From NCBI RefSeq assembly GCF_006345805.1, contig NC_043006.1, forward strand, positions 87,172,001 to 87,236,000: a stretch of DNA of 64,000 bases, read 5' to 3'. The position numbers and the translations under genes were made by a program. Every line of letters begins with the position of its first letter. Within the stretch, counting starts at the first letter, position 1. The notes beneath the pieces were generated by a model. It was not told the DNA's origin and ran no database searches. It saw only the letters and a program-made list of their open reading frames with translations. This document shows positions 52,942 through 64,000 of this stretch, in pieces. The DNA is from Octopus sinensis (Eukaryota).

Positions 52942-54465
52942 AATTGTCATGTGCACAGTGAGAATCAAGACAATGACTTCTATATTCCTTCATACATTGT
53001 GGCAGGTTTTAACACGAATAAGATAATTACTATTGTTTCATCATTGGAGAACAAATTCTCCATTCAAACGAATATGTCTTCATAACACACTTCATTCCAT
53101 AGTGTAAAGGAATTCGGGACACCTAGTGACATTGTTGTGTCTTGCCAGTCATAGGCACCTCATTCTAATGAATCTAACAAAAGATGATATCACAATACCA
53201 GGTACCCCAAAGTCACTTTGCGCTAATGAATTGAGTGTGTCATGAAGACTTATTCCTCTGGAAAGAGTTGTTCTCCAATGATGCAACACAAAAGCAACTA
53301 CATATTCACATTCAATTTTGCTGAAATGTATTAAGAATGAATATCAAAGTCATAATTTTGGTCTTTATTGTTCACTGTACACAAGAAGATTTATTATCAC
53401 TTGGCAGATATTGGCACACATCAGCAAAATAGTTTGCTTGCTAAACTGATAAACAAGAGCTACAATCACTTGCTAGATACATTTGTCCATGATGCCTTTG
53501 GCTGTTGAAACACAATGATGCTGAAGCACCATGTATCCAAAAAAAAAACCCCTTGCACTCATGAATTCAGTGTGTTATGAGCACACACTTATCCGGAAGG
53601 AGGAGAAGTTTTTCTGTGATGAAATGAGATAGATATTAGCATATTCACACACAAACTAGCCAGAATACTTTCATAATTGTTATGTTAGCTAGTGTGTGTG
53701 TGCACGCGTGCACATGCATGCATGTGTGTGTGTGTGTGTGTGTGTCTTGTGTACTGGGTCAGTCAAAAGTCGTGCACCAAAACATCTGAAATTTTATTTA
53801 TATTATCTTATCATTATTCATTCTCTTCATCATGTAGAAGTACATATGTATTCATTATGATTTTATTTATTTTATTTAATTTAAGAAAAATTGAAGCATG
53901 TCTTTCACAATTCCAAAGCTTATTGTACTTATTTTATGCATGGCTTTTGGCCGACACTATATATATATATATATATCACTATATATATATATATGTATAT
54001 ATCCATATATATATATATAACAAAGTGGAGTTGTAGGGTACCGCACGGGTGGAATTATATTATGAGTTCAAAAAGGTTTACATTATAATAGTAGGGAAGC
54101 TAAAACTGAGCTGTCTACCATAACATTGTGTGCGTGTATACCAATATTCCACTGAACTTTTTAATAATTCCTTCTGAAAACTATCTTTAACATGTTCTTG
54201 AGAATGTATACTGATGTTGTAATCTTTTGTGCCCAATATTTTAAGGAACTTGTTAAACTTTTTCATGTCCTTAACATGTCCTTGTTACCAAAGATTGTAT
54301 ATATGTAATGTAGCCTTTTGTAACAACCAATAATTAACGCAACCAAACTTCTACATGTTACTTTTGACAATCTTTTTCCAAAGAGTGAAACTGGTAAATT
54401 AAATAAACATCTTTTAAAATTGCATTTTCAAACCTTCTTTCATATATATATATATATATATATAT

Positions 54466-54772
54466 CATGTGATCACATGACCGACCAGGGTATCAGATGT
54501 TGCTACACATCACTGGTCACAATGCGTCTTGGCATTGTTTTAGCCTTCAAATGATGCCACCCTGCTGGCTAAGTGAGCAGGCCAACAGAAGAAAGAGTGA
54601 GAGAAAGTTGTGGCAAAAGATACAGCAGGGATCGCCACAACCCCCTGCCAGAGTCTCGTGGAGTTTTAGGTGTTTTCACTCAATAAACACTCACAACGCC
54701 CAGTCTGGGAATCAAAACCTCGATCCTATGACTGCAAGTCCACTGCCCTTACCACTGGGCCATTGCGCCTCC
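54466..54772 (-). mobile_element. tRNA-derived SINE, family C
   Basis: Homologous to 20097-20403. Confidence 0.85.
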
Positions 54773-54966
54773 ATATATATATATATATGATAGATCGTTA
54801 GTCACTACACACATTTTTTTCTCTCCTTGTTTCTTTCTGTGTTCCTTTCTGTGGAAGAGTGGAGACTCAAAATGTTAAAGCCATTTTCAATTACCGAGCA
54901 ACATACTAATACATCTGTTTGTTTTCTACACCACCTGTCTTCATCTTTTGTTTGTTTGTGAATTCT

Positions 54967-55010
<44 letters not shown>

Positions 55011-57029
55011 GTGGCATGTTTGTAAGGTTAACTGTTTAGTCTCAAGTTCAACCTCAATGTGTGACAACTTCAGCTTTTGTCTTCTTGGGCTGAGTTCAAT
55101 TTCATAGGCAGAGGCTGATGGAAGCCTGGTATGTGTGCGTGTGTTTATGTGCACTCTTGCCTTGATGTCATGTGATAGCTGAAAGCGTGTAATACTATCA
55201 TAGAAGTGATATCATTCATATCCAGTCTTTCATGAAAAATATGTATGGCTACAGGAAACATTACCTTTTCTTAGAAACAAGTGTGGGTTGGCGACAGGAA
55301 GGATAGAAATTTTGCCTCAGTAAATTCCACAAACATGGAAAAGTGGGTGATAAGAATGACGATGATGATGTATGTATGATTACAAAATTATTATCTAATA
55401 AGAGGTGAAGTGCTCATAATCCTTGCAAACTTTGTGTTCTTGTGAGTTCAGTACAGTTGATGGGAAAATATGTTGTCGGGGTGACATAGTTCATCAGGAA
55501 TAATAAATAGTGAGGTGATGTATAACTGATTGTTTTTCTGACGGGGAAAAATAACTTCCTTTTCAGCAAGAGGTAAAATCAAGAAAGAAAATTGTTATTT
55601 TCAATAGAGACGTAAAAATATATTTAACATATAGGGGAGATAAAATATCAGGGAGGAAAAATACTATAATTAAGGAGGGGTAAAAGAGAAGTTTTATTTT
55701 GTTGTGACTTAGAGTGAAATTAATTACCTATTATTGAATATTTTAACTGAAAATGTTAGTTAAAAATTTTCTGAAGAACATAACTGTTTCAGTGCATCTT
55801 CAAAATGTACAACTATTTTTGCTGTCATTGTTGTTTAGCTTTAGATTAGCAACGGTACTAAAAATCTATGACCAAAGGCAATCTAGCCATGACAATCCTT
55901 TAATTTTTCCCCTTAGACAATGTATCTAGAACTACAGTATCCAATGAGTCCTTACATTTTCTAAGTGTGCGATTTGAAGAAGATTTAGTTGCTACTTCGA
56001 GCAGTCTGTGTGACCACAGAAGCTGTCATTTGTTTATCAAAATGTACAAATGTCCTTATTGCGTATATCACAATGTCACTGCTGCTTCCTCCTCCTTTTC
56101 CGTTTCTTCCTCTTTTTCTTCTTCCTAATTCTCAAAATGTTCACTGCTACCTCCCTATGCTACCCATCATTTTTTTTAAACCAAACTCTCATTTGGGAAC
56201 ATTTTATATATTTATATATCTTGTAACAGATAACTAACAATGTCTGCTTTGTGCTTTGAATATTTGTCTCTCTCATCACCTGTTTTTATCTCTTAATTAA
56301 ATAACTCCCATCTGGTAATAATGAAACCCCAACTTTATCAATATTTAATCTATGCAACACTTTAATGTCAACACATCCGTATCCCTTATTTCATTTCAAA
56401 GAAAATTATATCAGATTGATAATCCAACAGACAATTTATCACTTGATTGCAAAATTATTCCTGCTTCTTTACCTTATTTCTTTCTGTATTCATTATTTAT
56501 TTTCTCTTGATTAAGACATAACATTCTGTAAAGATTGAACTACTTCTCATAAATTTCTGCTGATATTTTCAAGTCAGCCCCTCTCATTTCAAAGGATTAC
56601 TTCTTAATACTGTAATACTGAAGTATATTATCATCAATTAATGTCTGTCACTATGCCAGCATGGGGTGAATGGCATGATACAATCCAATGACTGGGAGAA
56701 CTACGATATCTGCTTCGATGTGGATTCTACAACTGGATACCCTTCCTAAAGCCTACTATTTTATAGAGTGTATTGGGTGCTTTTTATATGCCACCAGGAC
56801 TAATGAGGTTGCTATGTAACTCACAAAATATATACACACAAACATGTATGTGTGTATGTATGCATATACCTATTCATGTACCATTTGTGATTGTTGTTAT
56901 TCCATGAGTGCCTGAGCAAAAGGCGATGATGTTCTGTACTTTAGAGAGATCAGCAGATTAAATACTCTTTACTTGCAAACAGATAAATTTTGTGATAGAA
57001 AAACATCCAGCTCTAAAATTCCACCCATA

Positions 57030-57060
<31 letters not shown>

Positions 57061-57353
57061 TTGCGTGTGTGTGTGTGTGTGTGTGTGTGTGCATGTATGT
57101 GTATTAAAATTTGTAAGTCTGTCTAAAGGAGACTACGGTCAGCGGTACTGGATATTAATAGTTATCGCCAAGCTAATATGGCAGTCCAGAAATATAGGAC
57201 AAATGCTGCCGTTGATTGGCTCCAAGAGGCCATCACCTCTAGCTACTATGTGACACACGAACCTGTGTCCATTATAACCTTTGAACAGGGGAGGTCAGCT
57301 GCTTCCCCTTGCTGGTCAAGCATCTGCAGACTAGTTTCAGGGTACTTGCCCCT

Positions 57354-57413
<60 letters not shown>

Positions 57414-58086
57414 AGGAAAAATTGTAAAAATGCAGAATGCTAAATTGAAAGAAAATTTTAATGAAATGAGAAATTGATAAAATATATAAATATATATTTA
57501 TTCAAACCGGTTTTTGTCATAATGTGACTTATCAAGAATAGTTATGTAAAAACATTTTTTAACAGTGAGAAAGGGGAAAAAAGAAAGTTGCATTGTTTTT
57601 TGCAAAAGAATAATAATAAATATGTACAAAAATTAAAAAATAAGTACTCCGATACATTGTGAATTCTTTGTGTATCTTGAGTGTATGATTGTTCACGAAA
57701 AAATTACCTTGAGGTATTAGGATCCAATGGGATTAAGATCATGTGTTGTTTGGTTTAATTAAGGATGTTGGCAAAACAGGAAGTAGTAGTAATTGTGGTT
57801 CTTCAGTTCCTGTGTTGTGAATAAGGGGAGACAACTCTTTTGAGTTCTTCAATTTGTGCTTCTCAAACTCCCCTGCAATAAAGGCTGCTAATAAACCCCA
57901 AATTATAAAATTCTCATTTTAGCTTCATTTGCATTATCTTTTTTATATAATTGCTTGTTAACTTAACTTTCAGATTTTAACACTTTATTTATATTATTTT
58001 CTAATTATATAAATTTGCATAGACCAATTTATAATTACATTTCAGATTGTTATATCATATATAATAAAAATCATTTTTATTATATA

Positions 58087-58126
<40 letters not shown>

Positions 58127-58374
58127 CCTTAATGTACTGATATATGAATAATATATGGCTTGTGCTAGAAATACCAGCGATAATAATTAATTTTATTTTA
58201 TCGCAATTTGACTTGTTTACATATTTCTCGATAAATTTTGAGCGTTAGACAATATACCAGAAATCCCTAGTTTTGTCGGGACGTTCTGAGTCTGCACAGT
58301 GATCTGATTAGTTAGAGAGAGCAAATCATTAGAAGCACATGCTTCTAGTGAGTTAGGATCTCAGAACAACAGGG

Positions 58375-58448
58375 CTCTTACCGATGAATTCTCCCTGAGC
58401 AAATAAATTATCTTTATTGCTGAAAAGAACGACACTGCAGTCTAAGAG
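58375..58448 (+). ncRNA. Hammerhead fold, copy with GAAA mutated to GACA (probably inactive)
   Basis: Same as 58772-58845 but GACA at 58431-58434. Confidence 0.55.
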
Positions 58449-58771
58449 GAACCGAGTTAGTAAATGTTTTTATTTTCATTTCACTAAATTTATCTAGCTT
58501 CTGCGTTTCTCGCACATATTTCACCTTAATGTACTGATATATGAATAATATATGGCTTGTGCTAGAAATACCAGCGATAATAATTAATTTTATTTTATCG
58601 CAATTTGACTTGTTTACATATTTCTCGATAAATTTTGAGCGTTAGACAATATACCAGAAATCCCTAGTTTTGTCGGGATGTTCTGAGTCTGCGCAGTGAT
58701 CTGATTAGTTAGAGAGAGCAAATCATTAGAAGCACATGTTTCTAGTGAGTTAGGATCTCAGAACAACAGGG

Positions 58772-58845
58772 CTCTTACCGATGAATTCTCCCTGAGCAAA
58801 TAAATTATCTGTATTGCTGAAAAGAACGAAACTGCAGTCTAAGAG
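58772..58845 (+). ncRNA. Type I hammerhead fold (CCGAUGA core) in the 397-bp repeat
   Basis: CTCTTA-CCGATGA-[43-nt stem II]-GAAA-CTGCAG-TC|TAAGAG; palindromic ACTGCAGT stem III; predicted GUC cleavage after 58839. Confidence 0.7.
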
Positions 58846-59008
58846 GAACCGAGTTAGTAAATGTTTTTATTTTCATTTCACTAAATTTATCTAGCTTCTG
58901 TGTTTCTAGCACATATTTCGCCTTAATGTACTGATATATGAATAATATATGGCTTGTGCTAGAAATACCAGCGATAATAATTAATTTTATTTTATCGCAA
59001 TTTGACTT

Positions 59009-59042
<34 letters not shown>

Positions 59043-61179
59043 TTATTTAGATGGAGGAGACAAAAATTATCATGATGTTTGATAACTTTCTATTTTGGTG
59101 CATTCAATATGGCTAAGGTTCACTATGAACCTGTGTAGATTTCTTCCTGTGGGGAAATGAGAGCTGGGAAAGATTTGTATAGAAACCAAAGATTTTGACT
59201 GAAATGACTGAGTAAAGTGTATAGAACGGTTTGTAATCAAAGAGGAGAAAAGGAGTAACTAGCAGGGCTTGTGGCCTCTGCCATCAAAAGATTGAGAAGT
59301 GGTGGAGTTGATGAAACAAGTGAATTGAATACATTTAGGAGATGGTTCACAGTTTGTTTATTAATGGGAAGAGTACAAACCATATAAATGCAGTATGTAA
59401 GGATAAAGATATTTGTGTACTAGTAGCTATGGTGCTTTAGTGAGTGATCTGCCAATCAGTAGGATATCTTTTTTCAGAGGGTTAGTGTATCAGCTGCAGC
59501 TACTTATGCAATAACTACATACCACTAACCTTCTTCAGATTACATCAATATCTTTATATCCTAGAACTGTAAACCACTTTGCAACATATCAATTTCCAAT
59601 CGTATCAGTGATTCGCTATAAGGCCACCAGATCAATGGATGTCATCATAAATCTGTTAAACAAATTTATTTTACTCAAACTATTTACTCCAATGATTTTC
59701 TACAAAGGTATTTTTCACAAAGAAATCAGCAAGCATGGAAACAAGCTGTGTTGAGTAGTATACTAAAGTAAACCAAACTACTGTTCTGTTATAAAATAAA
59801 TGCTGTATGTCTGAAAGACTAAAATTTCTATGTTTATAAATACTCAGAACATTTAAAATAGAAACTCTAAAACAAGTTGAATTAGTAACACTTCTTTGTT
59901 ATACATAACACGCTTTGAGTATACACCCTTCTTAAAAGTCGGTATCTTCTTTTATTACAGAAGTACAGAAATGTAAACCACTCATATAATTGCTCTGCAA
60001 TTAAGATACTTTAGCTTTATACTCTGACAAATCCAATTTCTTGTTTTTTGCCATATAAAATGAGAGGGTATCTGTGCCTTATTGTAACACAACAGAAATA
60101 ATGTATAATCATTTAGCAAAAGGTTCTATGCTAGATTAGAAAAACAACCATAAATTGAATAAGATGATTATGATAGTGGTGGTGATGGTGGAGCTCATTG
60201 AGTCTCAATAGAATGAAATGTTAGGGAAACTTCAGAATTTTAAGAGATGACATTTCCAATATTCAATGGGACAAATTTATGCTCATTAATGGGTCATACT
60301 AGCAAAGTGTAACATTTTTATGAGCTAATTTCTTACTCTGAGTCCGTGTTTTGATAAATTTCTAAAATAATTGAGTATTTTGAGGGGATAAATATCAATA
60401 ATATTAATATGCTAACTTTTGTTTTTTACGTACATACTTGAGGTGTGTGTCACACTTATTCAAAGCAAGAGGTAAAAAGGTTGAAGGAAGAGGTACAAAG
60501 AAAAAGAAATAAATGGTGTTAAGCAGAGGAGGTTTAGTTAAAGTGAGTGGCAAAGGGACAGAGAGGAAGTGAGGCAAAGAGAGAGAGAGAAAGAGAGAGA
60601 CAGTGAGTGGTGACAGAAAGGGAGGTGACATTCGTTTTGTGTTTTTAAATGCTTATCAGTATTCTCAGAGTAGACTGATACATGCATCAAAAGAAAAGTT
60701 GATACATAGACACATTGTTAAATCAAAGACAAATAACTAAAGGAAATACTGGATGTCATTTTTCATTACCACAAAAGGATAAAATTAATGCACAAGTGGT
60801 TGAGTATTCCAGAGACATGCATACCATTAATGTAGTTCTCAGGGAGATTCAGCCTCACACAGAATATGACAAGACTGGCCCCTTTGAATAACAGCTACAA
60901 CTCATTTTGGCCAGCTGGAGCAAGATAAACCTACAAGTGTTTAGAAGAAAACGAAAAAAGATCCTATTCAGGGACAGGAAAATCTTTTTAGTCATTGGGG
61001 TCACTATGGGTGTTAATTCGATCCTAACAGCAGCATTTGTAGATCTCACAGACCTGGAGGCAAGCCCCGCCCCCCAGATAAACACCAATGTACAGGCTAT
61101 TGTTATCAAACTGAGCACGAGTCAAGGGCAAAGGTCACTACATGACAGAATAGCAATTATTTCATCTTAACTTTCACTC

Positions 61180-61580
61180 TTTTACTCTTTTATTTGTTTC
61201 AGTCATTTGACTGTGGCCATGCTGGAGCACCGCCTTTAGTCGAGCAAATCGACCCCATGACTTATTCTTTGTAAGCCTAGTACTTATTCTATCGGTCTCT
61301 TTTGCCGAACCACTAAGTTATGGGGACGTAAACACACCAGCATCTGTTGTCAACGATGTTGGGGGGGGGACAAACACAGACACATATATATATATACACA
61401 CATATATATATATACATATATATGACTGGCTTCTTTCAGTTTCTGTCTACCAAATCCACTCACAAGGCTTTGGTCAGCCTGAGGTTATAGTAGAAGACAC
61501 TTGCCCAAGGTGCCACACAGTGGGACTGAACTTGGAACCATATGGTTGATAAGCAAGCTACGTACCACACAGCCACTTCT
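61180..61580 (-). mobile_element. SINE family A
   Basis: Homologous to 22165-22580. Confidence 0.8.
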
Positions 61581-62499
61581 GTGGCTGTATAGGATCTTTT
61601 TTCATTTTCACTGCTGAAACTAAACATATGACATTTTTGCATTACGATATAGAACATTTCTTTTTCTTATAGTCTTTTTTAAAAAATGGCATTCCATCAG
61701 TTATGACGACAAGGTTCCTGTTTATCTGATCAACGGAACAGTGTTGCTCATAAAATTAACGGGCATGCGGTTGAGTACTCCACAAACACGCATACTATTA
61801 ATGTAATTCTCAGGGAGATTCAGCCTCACACAAAATGTGACAAGGCTGGCCCCTTTGAATTACTGCTACAACTCATTTTTGCCAGCTGAGTAGAGTGCAG
61901 CAAGGTGAAGTAGAGTACCTTGCTCAAGAACACAACACACCACTGGGAATCGTGCTCATAAGCTTACGATTGTGGGCTGAATACCCCTAACCACTGGGCC
62001 ATGCACCTTCACTCTCTTAACTGTAGAGAAAAGGAGTGAAGTGATAGAGCCAGGGAAAAGAAAGCCTCAGTCATTTAAAATGATAATTTGACTGAAATAT
62101 GATCGGTCTTTTCTAGCTTCTTTGCTTTTAACAATGAAGAAGAGGGAAAGCGACTGAATTGAGGGAAAGTCTTTCTAGTGTTTAGGTTTCTATTCTGGGA
62201 GTTCTAGAAGGATCCAGTGTTAGTTCTCTCTTCTTTGCCCCATTCTCCAGTACTTAATCACTTTGCTTGATAGTTCTTCATGTCTTTTAGTTGGTGGGAA
62301 AGACCATGTTGTTTTTCAGGCATGTTTAACATTTTCTTTACAAACTACAAACAAGCACCCTCCACTTCCTTTTTTTTCCATACAAAAACTAATGCAAATT
62401 TTGAACTGGATATAACTGTGAAGAGAGCCCAGAAAAATGGGTAATAACCCCTAAAAAATGGGTGGGAGAGAAAAGTTACCAACAGGTGTCTATAGAGTG

Positions 62500-62800
62500 T
62501 CTTGTACTATAGCCTCGGGACAACCAAAACCTTGTGAGTGGATTTGGTAGACAGGAACTGAAAGAAGCTTGTCATATGTGTGTGTGTGTGTTTTGTATCT
62601 GTGATTGTGTCCCCCTCCCACCATCGCTTGACAACCGATGTTGGTGTGTTTGCATACCCATAACTTAGCCATTCGGCAGAAGAAACTGATAGAATAAGCA
62701 CCAGGCTTACAGGGAATAAATCCAGGAGTCCATTACTTCCACTAAAGGGCGGTGCTCCAGAATGGCAACAGTAAAATTACTGAAACAAGTAAAAGAATAA
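62500..62800 (+). mobile_element. SINE family A, 5'-truncated and diverged
   Basis: Homologous body and tail. Confidence 0.7.
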
Positions 62801-63756
62801 AAGAATACCAGAAGAACATTCTGTACCATTAAACCAAGACGGTTCTTTGAATATGTATGATGTATTTTAAGGCTAAATAGTTATTCTGTTTATGTTTGTG
62901 TAACTGAGATATTTTGGTTGGATTTTATAGTTATCGGTTTTACACTTCTTTCTGTATTCTGTAAGTGTCATAATATGGAAAGATTTCTCATGGCACCAGC
63001 TCAAAATATACAAATGCTTACATTTGTTATATTTTCCATGAAGTTTTCACAGGTCCAACCAGTAAAATATGATTCTTACATTGGAAAGTACAAATAGGTT
63101 GTTTGGTTGAGTATAAAGGCAGAAGTATCTTAGAGTGGTTATATAGGAAGTTGATTGTGAGATTCGTTATAAAGGAAGTCGGTTGCAAGATTGGCTACAC
63201 AGGAAGTAGGTTGAGAGACAGGCTATAGAGGAAACTATTAGCTAAATTACTTATTGAAGGAGAGAGTGCGATACCAGGAATGGAATACAATATAAGATAT
63301 CAGCATGCGGCAATACTACAATAAAAAAGACAAGTACACCCATGCACACATACATGGATACCCACAAACAAGCAACAGATACATTGAATCAAGCACAGAC
63401 AGACACAACAGCATGCTCACAGAAACACAGACACACACACACATGGAAAGAATCAACTTAACTTTACACCCACACGAATATAATATAGACACACAGAAAC
63501 AAGCACCTACAGATACAAAGACACACCCACAGACACAAAGACAATTTCAAATATACATTCAAATAATCATATACACACAGGAACTAGCATACACAGATAA
63601 TCGTTTACACAAAGGCAGCATACATAGATAATAATATACACACTAAAAAAACAAGCATATACATACACACAGTCATACATAAACAAACTCATACTCACAG
63701 ACACAAGGATATGCACATACACACAGATAAGTAATACAAACATACAAGTAATACAG

Positions 63757-64000
63757 GTCCATACACATAAAGACACAAAGACAAACACAGTTAAACATAT
63801 ATAACCAAGCATACTGAAACACACACACAGATAAGCAATACAAGCATATATAGGCACGTCCATACACATAAAGACACAAAGACAAACACAGTTAAACATA
63901 TATAACCAAGCATACTGAAACACACACACAGATAAGCAATACAAGCATATATAGGCACGTCCATACACATAAAGACACAAAGACACAAACATATATAACC
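63757..64000. repeat. 101-bp CA-rich tandem repeat (about 2.4 units)
   Basis: GTCCATACAC recurs at about 63757, 63858 and 63959. Confidence 0.85.

Larger units (their letters stand above)
58124..59013 (+). repeat. 397-bp tandem repeat (2.24 units) with one HHR per unit, flanked by (TA)n on both sides
   Basis: Unit starts at 58124, 58521 and 58918; units differ by about 8 substitutions. Confidence 0.95.

Noticed and set aside
53225-53285. ATGAAGA...GAAA as a hammerhead
   Set aside because: Stem I cannot form and the core is incomplete.

Overview
AT-rich, repeat-dense metazoan DNA. The SINE, LINE and mariner families resemble those of Octopus (inference from repeat motifs, not a database search). 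No host gene can be confidently identified; only weak candidate exons are seen. The window holds a very young Penelope-like element (PLE; RT plus GIY-YIG) arranged as a 6.7-kb head-to-head palindrome (1-6738), two decayed PLEs, three dead Tc1/mariner elements, LINE fragments, many tRNA-SINEs and long (TA)n tracts. The main observation is a set of type I hammerhead ribozyme (HHR) folds. Two unrelated tandem arrays, one of ~492-bp units (15846-20003, eight HHRs, two arms in opposite orientation) and one of 397-bp units (58124-59013), carry one HHR fold per unit, fold extensively as RNA and sit inside (TA)n tracts. They resemble non-autonomous retrozymes copied from circular or multimeric RNA, plausibly by PLE machinery. 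PLE 3' ends in the window carry minimal HHRs, including U3-A8 core variants and one inferred G3-C8 variant. All folds were derived by eye; no activity is demonstrated.
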